Shown piece by piece: positions 38,385-48,116 of a stretch of DNA of 64,000 nt. Position 1 is the stretch's first letter. The number at the start of each line of letters is the position of its first letter. The DNA comes from a virus. The stretch is from positions 51,572 to 115,571 of the IMG/VR virus record IMGVR_UViG_3300018080_000122. One strand, given 5' to 3'. The notes under the pieces were generated by a model that saw only the letters and a program-made list of their open reading frames with translations, made no database searches and was not told where the DNA came from. The position numbers and the translations under genes are program-made.

Positions 38385-39902
38385 TTACTCTAACTTTAGC
38401 TTGTCAGCCAGCAGAGACGTGGGTGGCGTAGGTGCACTTGCCGACGGTGGCGACCCTGGGCTGCTATGTGTGTGATTGTTGAATACTGTCACCAAGTTAT
38501 TCAGATAATCTATCAGATCCTCTCCCTTGACAGCTGTGGAAGTCCCGGTGCCGACGGTGGTCAGTCCAGCCAGGTTAGATAACCCCGTTACGGCCAGTTG
38601 GCCGCCAACACCTAGACCGCCGCCAATGGTGACCAGGGGAGTTAGAAAAAATATAGGTGAGGCGCTAATCTCTGTTATCGATATCCCAGACAGAATAAGC
38701 GGACCAGAAGAACTCATCACGATAGACGGAGCTTCTGCTGTTATGCTAGACGAGGCCAGCAAACTGATGGCAGCCGCAGTCAAAGTATAGTTGACCGCCG
38801 TCACGGAGAAATTACCGCCGATGGTGAATGAGGCCGTCCCCGCCAAAACGGTGACGGTATAAGACCCTGAGATAACGTCAACGACGTACTGACCGACAGC
38901 CAACATTACTTTCTTGGAGCCCGGACCTATAAAAGAAGTCCTGTCGTCGCCGCTGATGATCGTGGTGATCTTCGCCTCTACGTTGGCAAAAGCGTTACCA
39001 ATCACCGTTTGCTTAGAAGACATCACTTGCTCTTCGATGCGTTGAGTGCTGGCAATGATGGCGTCCCCGGAGAGTAACTCGATGGCACCACGTGAAGACA
39101 CAGACACTTTGGCGCAGTCCGTGACCAACTGACCTGCTTCAATGTTCGTGTCGTAATTGCTCTTTACGAGGATGTCCCCCTCAGCCGACACCAGACGAAT
39201 AGGTCCTTGGGCAGCCTGAAGATCAATCCCTTTTCCACCGTTCAACCAAATGAGGCCGCCAGCGCTTTCCATGCTGGAACCTTTGACCACATCAGTTTTG
39301 TTTCCAGACGTGCCTGCGAACCTATTGCCCACCGACTCGGAAGCCATACCTCCATCCGGCCTGATCTCGTAGTAAGCACCCGTGGGATGCCAGATCTGGC
39401 ATCTCGGATTGTCCTCGGTGTTGTCCATCTCAATCTGCACGCCGGATGATCCACGAATCACAGTCGCACTGGGAAATTCTGTGACCATGGCAGGTGTAGG
39501 TGCACGCACCTCGATCTCAGCGTCATCGATGTCAGTGATCGTGCTGGACGAATATCCCCGTGGATACTTTGTGGGGCCGTCTGGGAGGCCCTGAGCGTTC
39601 AGGGGTATCTCAGGCTGCCCATCAGGAGAAGCAAACCACTGTGCGGCCCAGATCGGCCTCTCAGGGTCACCTCCAATGAACGACGCCAGCACCCTATCAC
39701 CAAGATTGATCTCAGGAGCGCTCTTGCCACCAAAAACAGGGTTGGCCAGATAAGCCCAATTAGAAACAGTCGCTCCAAGAACCTCGGGAATGAGCAGCTT
39801 CACTCGGCACATTTTGAGGCCTGTGTCGATTTCAGCAACTTCAGCCCGGTAGAGACCAAAGTAACGCTTGCGGCCATGTGAATCTACTACAGCGGAACCC
39901 AT
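38385..39902 (-). CDS. central baseplate spike (gp5/gpV-like)
   Basis: OB-fold YFGLYRA.V...RVKL.IP...F.GGDPERPIW; T4 gp5-like SG..IEMDNT...H.TG.YYEI.PDG; C-terminal FNNHTH apex motif. Confidence 0.9.
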   Translation of the reverse strand: MGSAVVDSHGRKRYFGLYRAEVAEIDTGLKMCRVKLLIPEVLGATVSNWAYLANPVFGGKSAPEINLGDRVLASFIGGDPERPIWAAQWFASPDGQPEIPLNAQGLPDGPTKYPRGYSSSTITDIDDAEIEVRAPTPAMVTEFPSATVIRGSSGVQIEMDNTEDNPRCQIWHPTGAYYEIRPDGGMASESVGNRFAGTSGNKTDVVKGSSMESAGGLIWLNGGKGIDLQAAQGPIRLVSAEGDILVKSNYDTNIEAGQLVTDCAKVSVSSRGAIELLSGDAIIASTQRIEEQVMSSKQTVIGNAFANVEAKITTIISGDDRTSFIGPGSKKVMLAVGQYVVDVISGSYTVTVLAGTASFTIGGNFSVTAVNYTLTAAAISLLASSSITAEAPSIVMSSSGPLILSGISITEISASPIFFLTPLVTIGGGLGVGGQLAVTGLSNLAGLTTVGTGTSTAVKGEDLIDYLNNLVTVFNNHTHSSPGSPPSASAPTPPTSLLADKLKLE

Positions 39903-39905
39903 TAG

Positions 39906-41120
39906 TTACACCTGAATGTCCCGTTGGTCCTGAAAAAGAATCGAGTCCGTATCTATTTCTACATATTCGGCCGACCCGGATTCAGAAGAAGACTTATCAG
40001 ACAGCCTGTCAACTGCGGTCGCTTTCATTTCAAACGACCTCGACAGCTGCAGGGAAGTAGCCTGACCTCTAACTCCACTTACCAGGTGGCTCACCGACGA
40101 CACGACATACACACCTTCAAAACGACCAAAACCCATGATATGCACGGGGGCCATGGGCGATATATTAGGCGAAAACGCGACTTCCGCCTCTACGGCACTA
40201 AGGAAAGCGTCTGCACGAGTGGCAGCTGATGCCTCCAAAAGCGCGTCTGGGGCAGAGGGTCTATGACCCGCCCCCATTATAAATTTGTAATACTCCCCTC
40301 CAGTTATGTCGGAAGTGCTCCGTATCGCGCCCTTGTTTATGCCGTCTCGCACGGCCACAGTCATTTCGTTTTCATCAACACTGCCTGAGACCTGAAAAAT
40401 TTCTCCAGTCACTGGATCGTAGTCTCTGCTGACGAAAATCCGCCCAACTTGCGTAGCCTCAACACCGCCGCGTATCGATTTCAGTTCTTTTCCGTAAGCC
40501 ACACCAAAAACGTCAACAATGTTGCCCAGGAAAACTCTACGAAAATGGAGGACCTGTTTGTCCACGTACACTGCGAAGCCGTAGATCATGGCGCGACGTT
40601 GGAGCAGTTCAATGTCAGTCTCGCTGGCCTGCGTGACTTGTTCAAAAGCGTAGGGCGTCTCCTCTATAGTGCCAGCGACCTCATCCTCCGTTTTGAGAGA
40701 GTGTTCTTCAGCGATGATCTTCGCAATCTCAGAATCCGCCGTCTGCTTGAAACTGCGCTGCTTTTCTCCTTGGATCAGCCCAGGAGCGTTCGCGTAACCA
40801 GTCATGGTTAGTTTGGGTAAATTGCCCACGCTGTAGTCCAAAGATGACGAATCTATAAAAAATTCCCCCTGGTCTATCTGTTCTTCTGTAGAGCCTGGGT
40901 AGCCCATATAAATCTTCACGATGTTCCCAGCATTGAAAATGTCTGCGTCCATCATGTTGGGGTTGCTAGGTTGATAGATGATTTGCATCCTGGCCAGACC
41001 AGAAATGCTTCTGGTGACAGACACGTCTGAGATGCCATTCTCAATGCCGAGATCTTCCAACGTGGAGTCGTTGAAAAGAACTCGGGCAACTGGTGTAGTG
41101 GGTAAGTTAGACTCAGCCAT
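39906..41120 (-). CDS. baseplate hub (late control D / gp27-like)
   Basis: IYMGY, DSEIAKIIA..H.L, Q..ETD..LLQRRA..YGF..YV...LHF, GRFEGVYVV.SV.H. Confidence 0.85.
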   Translation of the reverse strand: MAESNLPTTPVARVLFNDSTLEDLGIENGISDVSVTRSISGLARMQIIYQPSNPNMMDADIFNAGNIVKIYMGYPGSTEEQIDQGEFFIDSSSLDYSVGNLPKLTMTGYANAPGLIQGEKQRSFKQTADSEIAKIIAEEHSLKTEDEVAGTIEETPYAFEQVTQASETDIELLQRRAMIYGFAVYVDKQVLHFRRVFLGNIVDVFGVAYGKELKSIRGGVEATQVGRIFVSRDYDPVTGEIFQVSGSVDENEMTVAVRDGINKGAIRSTSDITGGEYYKFIMGAGHRPSAPDALLEASAATRADAFLSAVEAEVAFSPNISPMAPVHIMGFGRFEGVYVVSSVSHLVSGVRGQATSLQLSRSFEMKATAVDRLSDKSSSESGSAEYVEIDTDSILFQDQRDIQV

Positions 41121-41433
41121 TAGCATGCTTTTGGAACACGGACTGCCCAGGCACAATCAACCTGTCACCGTCCTCGACTGCGTAAGGATCGTAAATCTCA
41201 CTGGCCTCCGCAACGAGCCACCAATCCATTTCGTTTTTGGTCAGACGCATAGCCAACAGGTCCAGAGGCGCGGATGATGAGTACGCCACCGAAGTGAAAT
41301 CAGACTCTAGGTCCAGTTCAAAAAAGATGTCTGGAGCCACGTATAGTCTGGTTTCGGTCTGCCCTTGGGCATTCTCTCGTACGATCCCATACACCTTGTG
41401 ATTGTAGTAACGAGAACCTCTTCGTCTTGGCAT
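41113..41433 (-). CDS. LysM-like tail protein (gpX/gp53-like)
   Basis: SRY...LDLLA...WW.VAEA..I.DP....GD.L.VP. Confidence 0.8.
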   Translation of the reverse strand: MPRRRGSRYYNHKVYGIVRENAQGQTETRLYVAPDIFFELDLESDFTSVAYSSSAPLDLLAMRLTKNEMDWWLVAEASEIYDPYAVEDGDRLIVPGQSVFQKHANG

Positions 41434-41445
41434 GATACGCCTCGC

Positions 41446-42435
41446 TTACTTGGACGCTTCCAGCCCAGCTTGAATGCGGATGTCTTTGTCCGTCAGGAGA
41501 TTTCTCCTAGCGGTTGACCCCAGAGACAGCAGATTCTCCAAGGCGCGTATCCTCGCCTGAAATCTCTCCAACTGAGCGGAGCTGTAAGATATCCCATAAA
41601 AACTCTTGGCCTTCTTGCGCTCTTCTCGCCCCTGCTTCAAAATCTCCAGCTCCGCCCGCAGTTTCCTCTGTATAGCGAGATCTTCTATTTCCAGTTCCTG
41701 CTCAACAGTGAGCTTAGGTGTAGGAACAGTTATCCTTGACTTCCTTGAATCCAGAGTGCGTTCGACTTCCTGGAAAGACAGGCCTACAACGGCCCCTGTC
41801 TGAACGCCTTTTGACCAGGATTTGTGGTTGACCGTCATGGACTCAAGGTAGCAGACCATAGAAAAAGTCTGACCCAACATGAGCAGAAGCACCACCTGCT
41901 GCCCAACTTTTGCGTTATCGCTGTAGGTGACGTAGACCATATCAGCACAGCGTCTGAGGAAATCTAAAATCTGCTCGACGGGACCTTCAGGTTTTCTGGT
42001 TACGTTGGTGACCCCTTTTCCTGGGGGCGCATGAAACCACAAGAAATAGGGTTTATAGAAAGAATCATCCCAGAGCTCAGTCAGCTCTCCAAACACGTCG
42101 TCTAAAACAATGGAGAAATCTATCTTGAAAGGCCCACTACCCATGAAGCCTTCGGTTCCGCGTCCCTGCTGCTTGCCGCGCAGTTTCTTGGCCGCGCCTG
42201 AAATCCTTACCTCAGCAGGAAAGAACGGTAAATATAAATACGAATTGGTAGAAGTCAGGTCGGCTTGCACACTGGACGACTTCCCTGGGTCAGCTCCCTG
42301 TTTCGTAGCAACGGAGAGATCTCCAAACGTAGCGGTGGGGAGCACCTCCAAGTAGATCCTTTTTTCAATCGGTACCGGAAGATCTGGCCACGCGTGCCAA
42401 TCCCCGGACTTGAAACCCACGTCAACATCTACCAT
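41446..42435 (-). CDS. tube-initiator-like protein 2 with coiled-coil extension
   Basis: F.PAEV...FSIVLDD...CYLESMTV.H......A.V.LSFQE; position after the tape measure. Confidence 0.6.
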   Translation of the reverse strand: MVDVDVGFKSGDWHAWPDLPVPIEKRIYLEVLPTATFGDLSVATKQGADPGKSSSVQADLTSTNSYLYLPFFPAEVRISGAAKKLRGKQQGRGTEGFMGSGPFKIDFSIVLDDVFGELTELWDDSFYKPYFLWFHAPPGKGVTNVTRKPEGPVEQILDFLRRCADMVYVTYSDNAKVGQQVVLLLMLGQTFSMVCYLESMTVNHKSWSKGVQTGAVVGLSFQEVERTLDSRKSRITVPTPKLTVEQELEIEDLAIQRKLRAELEILKQGREERKKAKSFYGISYSSAQLERFQARIRALENLLSLGSTARRNLLTDKDIRIQAGLEASK

Positions 42436-43286
42436 TACCCACCTCCAGATGTCGGAGGAATATATTTCGTGCTGCCAGATCCGTCGGATCGTTCAATGTA
42501 AGCGTTGTAGTAGTTGGGGCCTCCCCGGCTGAGCCATTCCGCATTTTCTACTTGTGTGATGGTGGCCTCCACCAGATTCAAAGAAACAATCGCGGTCTGA
42601 GGAAGCCCTCTGTCTCCAAAATTGAAGATCTTGGCGTCAAACTTGGCCACATTCACCAGGATCGGATCGCTTCTGGTCCATACCAGATAAAAGGCGGGGT
42701 GCATATCCGCCTTGTCATTGAGAGTTGGCTCGCCAGTTCTGGTCGCGTCTGCTATCCCAGTGGTTATTTTTGATAGGGCGGCCGTCAAGAATCTGATGCT
42801 GGCTACGACTACATTCTCTCTACCTTCACCGTAAAGGAAAAACTCCCTTTTATCTTTGGACAGCTCCCTGTCGCCCACGCCTCCTGTAGCCACAAACCTG
42901 TCTTCAGTTGTCCACAAAGACAGACTGTCTATCCCAGGGAGAGTCAACTGGGGGTTGTCATCGGATTGAATCCACTCTTCGTCCCTGGATCGAATCTCAT
43001 CATGGTATTGGAGCCTGTCAGGCTCACTCATAGTGTTGTCCAGCAGTAACTGCATGGATATTTCTGTGGCAGCCACTCCAGAGAAAGGCATTGTGGATCT
43101 CTTCCCAGTGACCTTCTTGGCCTTCACAGTACTTTTCACTGACTGGGGCCAGTACTGAAAGTCCATACGAGGAGCACGAATGCCAGAAACAGTTCGAACG
43201 CGGTCATACCCAACGACCGACAGGTTACCGTCCTTCGGCGGGATAAGAAGAACTAGAGACATGATATCTGTGGCGTCTCTGGCCAT
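42435..43286 (-). CDS. tube-initiator-like protein 1 (gp48/gp54/CIS tube family)
   Basis: FQYWPQSV...ISMQLLLD...P...LVW...F.DRGLPQTAIVSLNL.E. Confidence 0.65.
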   Translation of the reverse strand: MARDATDIMSLVLLIPPKDGNLSVVGYDRVRTVSGIRAPRMDFQYWPQSVKSTVKAKKVTGKRSTMPFSGVAATEISMQLLLDNTMSEPDRLQYHDEIRSRDEEWIQSDDNPQLTLPGIDSLSLWTTEDRFVATGGVGDRELSKDKREFFLYGEGRENVVVASIRFLTAALSKITTGIADATRTGEPTLNDKADMHPAFYLVWTRSDPILVNVAKFDAKIFNFGDRGLPQTAIVSLNLVEATITQVENAEWLSRGGPNYYNAYIERSDGSGSTKYIPPTSGGG

Positions 43287-45967
43287 TATCTGTTCCTAAA
43301 TCTCTGGCGTAAGTCTCCTAACGCAGACGAACTCCGTCCCAACGGATTCCTACCCGTTGCTCCAATTTTGTGCTCCGTCGTGTGCTCCTCAGTGCGCCCG
43401 TCCACGTTGATCTCGTTGGTGATTTGGACAGTTTGCTCGTCACCAAATACAGATGTTGGCGCGCCACCAAATTCGCCCAGCCCACCAAACGCACTGTCCA
43501 GCTTGTCATTCAGGCTGGCCACCATAGAGTCCATGTTGGCCATAAACCCTGCAGCGTCTTCCTGTTTCTGCTTATTCACAGACTCAAAAGCAGCATTAGT
43601 CCCTCCGCGTTTGGCGCCCCCGGCCGGGAACTCGGGTATGCCCGCAATGCTAGTAAGGTCTCCAAATCCTGGGACAGCCCCAAAAGATATGAAATTCAGG
43701 AGTTCTGACAACGCAAATATTAACAGCAGAACTCCAGCGGCAATTGCGGTTACCGTCAAGAATATGGGGGCTAAGGCAATATCCAAAGCTGTGGCCGCAC
43801 CAGCTGCTGCAGTGGTGGTTCCAGCGAATACTGCTTGTATTGCGCTGTATATGCCCGTCACATAGGCCAATCCCTTTGTGACCACTAATATGCCTCCTTG
43901 CACAATCTTCTGGAATGCCAGCGCAGCCGTTGCCGCTTTGGTGTAGAGCCATTGCAGCGCGAAGGCGGCAGCAACTAGACCAATCACAAAGCTAAGCGCC
44001 TTGCCCACGCCCCAAACCAACCACGCAGTCACTGTCCAATCTTCAAGTATATTAACCAGCTCGTACACAACAGACCACAAGAAGGTTACGATGCGAACTA
44101 GAAACATGAACATACCAATGACAGTTCCAAGCACGAAACCAACAATAGTAAACGCCCCAGCTAACCCTGTTATCAAAATGTTAGCTAAGTGAAGAACCTG
44201 CTTGGTAACCAATTTTATAGGCACCAACAACTCTTCTATGAAATTCTTGAAACTGCCAAACGGCGCAACTAGCCCCTCAATAACCATGATCCCCAAGAAT
44301 CGGATGCCTAACCACAGCTGACGTAGATAGCCCAACATTTCTTTTGCGGCATCGCCAAAGAACTCTCTGGCGCCTCCCCAATTCTTCACGAGAGCAGTAG
44401 CTACGATGCCAACTAAAGCTCCGAGAATAAGGAAAGGCCCAAGGAGGCTAAGAACAGCACTTTCAACCCCAGCCAGCATGAAAGATACCTTGGCCATGCG
44501 CGCAGCAGCGATTTCCGAGCCCATGGCGGCAGCTTTGCCTACTACCATGAACTGGCCTGCCATTAAGTTGAGAGCGAAAGCGCCCCGCCAAATCATAGGC
44601 AGAAGCATCTTGCCAAAATAGACGAGCATCCCAGACGCGCCGATTGCAACCATAGTTGCCCCCACCAGGGCCATAGCGCCCGCCACGTAAATCAGGCCTT
44701 TCACTACACCAGGAAGAATCTCGTCCTTGTTGGCGATCATAATCTGCGAAAATTCGTAGAGATTACTGATAACATCAGCCATTTGTCGGATAAAGGTCAA
44801 ACCCAACTGCGTCCTCAAAATCTCTAAGTTGTCGGAGAAGACCTTGGCTTGCGTGGAAGATCTCCCTGCCTGCTCGTCAAACTTTTCTTGGATTCTACTC
44901 CCGTCCGACAAAGCCTCATTAAACTCAAAAGACTTCTTCTTTATCCAGTCGGACATGCCGCCCATAGTGACTAGAGCTTCCGCCACACGAACGGCGTTTA
45001 GCTGTGTATCTTCAAGAGCTTCGGCAAGACCAGTGACACCCTTCTCGGCTTTGATTTTCTTCAGTACGTCCAGAACATTGAAGATGGCCACATCCATCTC
45101 ACCACCACGAATCCTTGCTGCCAGCCCTTCAATGTTGAGCGCTTTCTCCATTTGCTCAGGCATTTTAGCCATGGTGATGATGAGCTTGCCCATTGCGCCA
45201 CGAGAACGTTCTGCTGACTGGCCACCTTGCAGAAGAGCCGACGACATAGCAAACAGGGTTGCAGGCGCAACATCCCACTGCTCCATAGCCAAAGCGAGAC
45301 GACCTGTGACCTTGAATAGTTCGTCAGAATGCGCACGAGTGCGTGTTCTTGCCAGTAGCGCGGCCTGACCAAACTTCCGGATGCGCTCCTCAGCGGAGCC
45401 AGACACTCCTTTAACCATCTGCAAACTGGCCATATACTCTGTGACCGCTTGTGGCGTGGTGTCCCCCATCAGGAACGCAATTTGGTTGATAGCGTTGGCC
45501 ATTCCTGCCATGGATTTCTCACCAGACTGCGCGCTCTTTTCCATGGCTGCTGCAGCGCCAAGACCACTGAAGGAAATTTGTTCAGCGGTTTTTACGAGGG
45601 CATCTTCAGTAACGATGGCCGCAGACGCGACGTTCAACAGCTCTTGACGCAGTTTGTCCACGTCAATGGTCGCGGTCCGGGTGGCCTTGGCGAAGTCATT
45701 GTAGACGTCAACGGCACGTTGGAGGGTGATGTCAAGATCAACTGCTTCTTTGGCGGCAGACAACAAGCCTTGTGCAATAGACCCGGCCCCCATCAACATC
45801 CGCTTACCAATCCTAGAAACGGTGTTGAAGGTGATCATTTGCTGCATAGCGTCGTGGATGGATTTCTCCATCGTCTGGAAACCACGGGACGCCCGGCCTG
45901 CCGCACCCGTCACGCCCCTGGTGCTTAGAACTAATCTAAGTTCAAACACGTGTGAGCTGGACGCCAT
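43286..45967 (-). CDS. tail tape measure protein
   Basis: 893 aa, Ala/Gly-rich helical with a hydrophobic middle; lies after the tubes and chaperone. Confidence 0.85.
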   Translation of the reverse strand: MASSSHVFELRLVLSTRGVTGAAGRASRGFQTMEKSIHDAMQQMITFNTVSRIGKRMLMGAGSIAQGLLSAAKEAVDLDITLQRAVDVYNDFAKATRTATIDVDKLRQELLNVASAAIVTEDALVKTAEQISFSGLGAAAAMEKSAQSGEKSMAGMANAINQIAFLMGDTTPQAVTEYMASLQMVKGVSGSAEERIRKFGQAALLARTRTRAHSDELFKVTGRLALAMEQWDVAPATLFAMSSALLQGGQSAERSRGAMGKLIITMAKMPEQMEKALNIEGLAARIRGGEMDVAIFNVLDVLKKIKAEKGVTGLAEALEDTQLNAVRVAEALVTMGGMSDWIKKKSFEFNEALSDGSRIQEKFDEQAGRSSTQAKVFSDNLEILRTQLGLTFIRQMADVISNLYEFSQIMIANKDEILPGVVKGLIYVAGAMALVGATMVAIGASGMLVYFGKMLLPMIWRGAFALNLMAGQFMVVGKAAAMGSEIAAARMAKVSFMLAGVESAVLSLLGPFLILGALVGIVATALVKNWGGAREFFGDAAKEMLGYLRQLWLGIRFLGIMVIEGLVAPFGSFKNFIEELLVPIKLVTKQVLHLANILITGLAGAFTIVGFVLGTVIGMFMFLVRIVTFLWSVVYELVNILEDWTVTAWLVWGVGKALSFVIGLVAAAFALQWLYTKAATAALAFQKIVQGGILVVTKGLAYVTGIYSAIQAVFAGTTTAAAGAATALDIALAPIFLTVTAIAAGVLLLIFALSELLNFISFGAVPGFGDLTSIAGIPEFPAGGAKRGGTNAAFESVNKQKQEDAAGFMANMDSMVASLNDKLDSAFGGLGEFGGAPTSVFGDEQTVQITNEINVDGRTEEHTTEHKIGATGRNPLGRSSSALGDLRQRFRNR

Positions 45968-45978
45968 TCCTCAGCCTC

Positions 45979-46182
45979 CTACCGTCGTCTGCCCCGATGC
46001 TTTGCCCTCTGCCTTTCAGACTTTACCTTCTTATAATACCTATCTGCAGACTTCTTGAAATGCTCTATTTCCGTTTCGTGCATCTCCAAGAAATCCAGAA
46101 ACGTGCACTCCAGGTAGCCTCGGACATGTTCGAAGTCTCTTAGCGTTTCTTCATAAGGCTCCGAGGCAAGCGTAACAAAAAA
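45979..46182 (-). CDS. -1 frameshift extension of the tail assembly chaperone (lambda gpGT-like)
   Basis: The open -1 frame has no convincing SD plus start of its own and is entered at T TTT TTG (46182-46176). Confidence 0.65.
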   Translation of the reverse strand, partial: FFVTLASEPYEETLRDFEHVRGYLECTFLDFLEMHETEIEHFKKSADRYYKKVKSERQRAKHRGRRR

Positions 46183-46970
46183 TCCGTAGCGTAGATGGAG
46201 ACAGGAGTTAGCTCCCCGCACTCCTCACACTGCACATGGTTCACCGTCTCGGGGCCGAGTTCCCCCAGAGATTCGAAGGCGTCCTCTAAGGCACCCAGCT
46301 GTGCGTCGGTCATCTGATCCCAGAAGCTGGACTGGTACGGGCCTTCGTGATCGCCCCACTTTACACACGTCCGCGACCAGATAAGCCAGTCTGCATCTGC
46401 CGTTACTCTCCGTGCTTTGGTAGAGATGGCCTTGATATCCTTGCCGGTGGGAACTTTGAATTTGGCTTTGAAAGTTCCCTCTTCATTCCACTGCCCGCTG
46501 GGAACGTCGAACTCGAATGTTCTGATTTTTTTATTTTCGACCCTGACGTCGTCTTCCGTCGTGATGGTTGGCAGGTCTGGATTGGCGTTGAAGTCGTCCA
46601 AGGTCACTGTCTGCATGCCAGAGATATCAAGAGGCATCAGAGGCTTGGTGAAATCGCAGTAGAGGCAGTTGAAGTTGGCGTGCACTTCCGGCTTCTTAGA
46701 CAAGAGCCTGGCCTTGAGAGCGCAAAACTCGCGGTCTGGCGACAGCATGTCTTCAAAGAGTGCGCTACTAACCGTCTTGAACCCCTCCACAGCAACAACG
46801 GTTTCCTTCAAGACAATGTCGATTGCCTTACCAGATTCCTTTTTGTGGTCGAGCTTACTCAGGAGGCGCTTTACTTTGGCCCTCCAAGGACGGATATAAA
46901 CTTTTTTGCAGAGTTTGCCTTCAGCGTTGAATGTGCCGCAGGGTAGGGTGTACTCGATACCTTCAGTCAT
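46140..46970 (-). CDS. tail assembly chaperone (T4 gp26-like hub/tail assembly family)
   Basis: YTLPCG, DR....L..R, CxxC x2, PTGKD; lies between the tubes and the tape measure; AAGGAG SD. Confidence 0.7.
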   Translation of the reverse strand: MTEGIEYTLPCGTFNAEGKLCKKVYIRPWRAKVKRLLSKLDHKKESGKAIDIVLKETVVAVEGFKTVSSALFEDMLSPDREFCALKARLLSKKPEVHANFNCLYCDFTKPLMPLDISGMQTVTLDDFNANPDLPTITTEDDVRVENKKIRTFEFDVPSGQWNEEGTFKAKFKVPTGKDIKAISTKARRVTADADWLIWSRTCVKWGDHEGPYQSSFWDQMTDAQLGALEDAFESLGELGPETVNHVQCEECGELTPVSIYATDFLLRLPRSLMKKR

Positions 46971-47032
46971 TTTATCTCCTTCGGTGACACCGAAAGTTAG
47001 AAGACATAGCGCTATCCGCTATGCCTCAAGGC

Positions 47033-47560
47033 CTACGTTGTTGCCCTCCTAATCGGAATAAGGTCCGTCTGGATATCAGAGGAAACGAACACTACCTTCT
47101 CTATGTGTACTTGCGTTCTCAGCGCGTTTAAAGGCGCCCACATCATTTTGGTAGGGAGAGCCCTGGACATCTTCAAAACGCGCTGATAATCGCCCGAGGG
47201 CGTCGACAAGTAGGGAAACATCTTAATCTCGACGTCCCTACGAATAGTCGACTGCCCTATCTTATTCATAAACGCATCCACACGACTGTCTCGACGGCCA
47301 TACCGAGTGATAGTGGTGACCAGCTGGTACCAGTACACCAGATACATATCGTCGTCCGTGCCCTTACTGAGAGTCACCTTACCGATGTTTCGCTGCTTGG
47401 GCACGTAGATGGGTGTGGTGAGATTGTTGCCCTCGTAATAGGTCTGGAACTCTATCTCGTCATCAAATCCACTTGCTTCACTGAATTCGACGACTCTAGT
47501 GGCCATACCACCCTCCAGAAACTTTACTTCATAGTTAATGGAGAGTACAGGGTCGGCCAT
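47033..47560 (-). CDS. tail tube protein 2 (T4 gp19/Afp5-like)
   Basis: FSEASG...Y.EG...VTLSKG...W...RRDV.I...A.P.K....LNA...IE. Confidence 0.85.
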   Translation of the reverse strand: MADPVLSINYEVKFLEGGMATRVVEFSEASGFDDEIEFQTYYEGNNLTTPIYVPKQRNIGKVTLSKGTDDDMYLVYWYQLVTTITRYGRRDSRVDAFMNKIGQSTIRRDVEIKMFPYLSTPSGDYQRVLKMSRALPTKMMWAPLNALRTQVHIEKVVFVSSDIQTDLIPIRRATT

Positions 47561-47570
47561 GTCTCAGCCT

Positions 47571-48113
47571 TTACGAGTGTGGGTCGTCTAGGTTGTCAGT
47601 CAAGAAGTCTTCGGTCAGGCCTTCATGAGCAAAAGTGACGGTCCGCATAATGATATCGCCCGTGGTGGGGTCGATACTACTAATGCCTACGCCTTTCGGC
47701 CAAGCCTTCGCCAACTTGAACTTGTGCAGCACGTTACCAGCAGCGTCTTCCAAGGTCACCTCCACAGTAGCCCTGTACTGGTCGTAACGCCTGCTCGGCC
47801 CGTTCTTGAGCATCTGCCCAGAAGTGGCGTCACCCTTGATAAACAGATGACGCCATCTGCGCATGGTGTCGTCAGGGTCAAGGCCGTCCTCGAAGGTGAC
47901 ATCTCCGTACTTGGTCAACCCTGCCAGTTTTCTGGGCGTGGGGGCGTCTCCTCCCGTGCGATATTCCGAATACTCAGTGTCCTCGTCAATCCCCTCAATC
48001 TTGGAGAACGTCAGAGGCTCTATAGCGGTACCCATCGCAGCGGGAGGATCTATCAGTTTGACTCTGAAGAAAGTCCCCTGGAACGGATCGTATTGTCTAT
48101 TCAATAGCGTCAT
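47571..48113 (-). CDS. tail tube protein 1 (T4 gp19/Afp1-like)
   Basis: DP....FRV, FSKIEGI, EYRTGG, RKLAGLTKYGDVT, AWP, HEGL. Confidence 0.9.
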   Translation of the reverse strand: MTLLNRQYDPFQGTFFRVKLIDPPAAMGTAIEPLTFSKIEGIDEDTEYSEYRTGGDAPTPRKLAGLTKYGDVTFEDGLDPDDTMRRWRHLFIKGDATSGQMLKNGPSRRYDQYRATVEVTLEDAAGNVLHKFKLAKAWPKGVGISSIDPTTGDIIMRTVTFAHEGLTEDFLTDNLDDPHS

Positions 48114-48116
48114 CGA

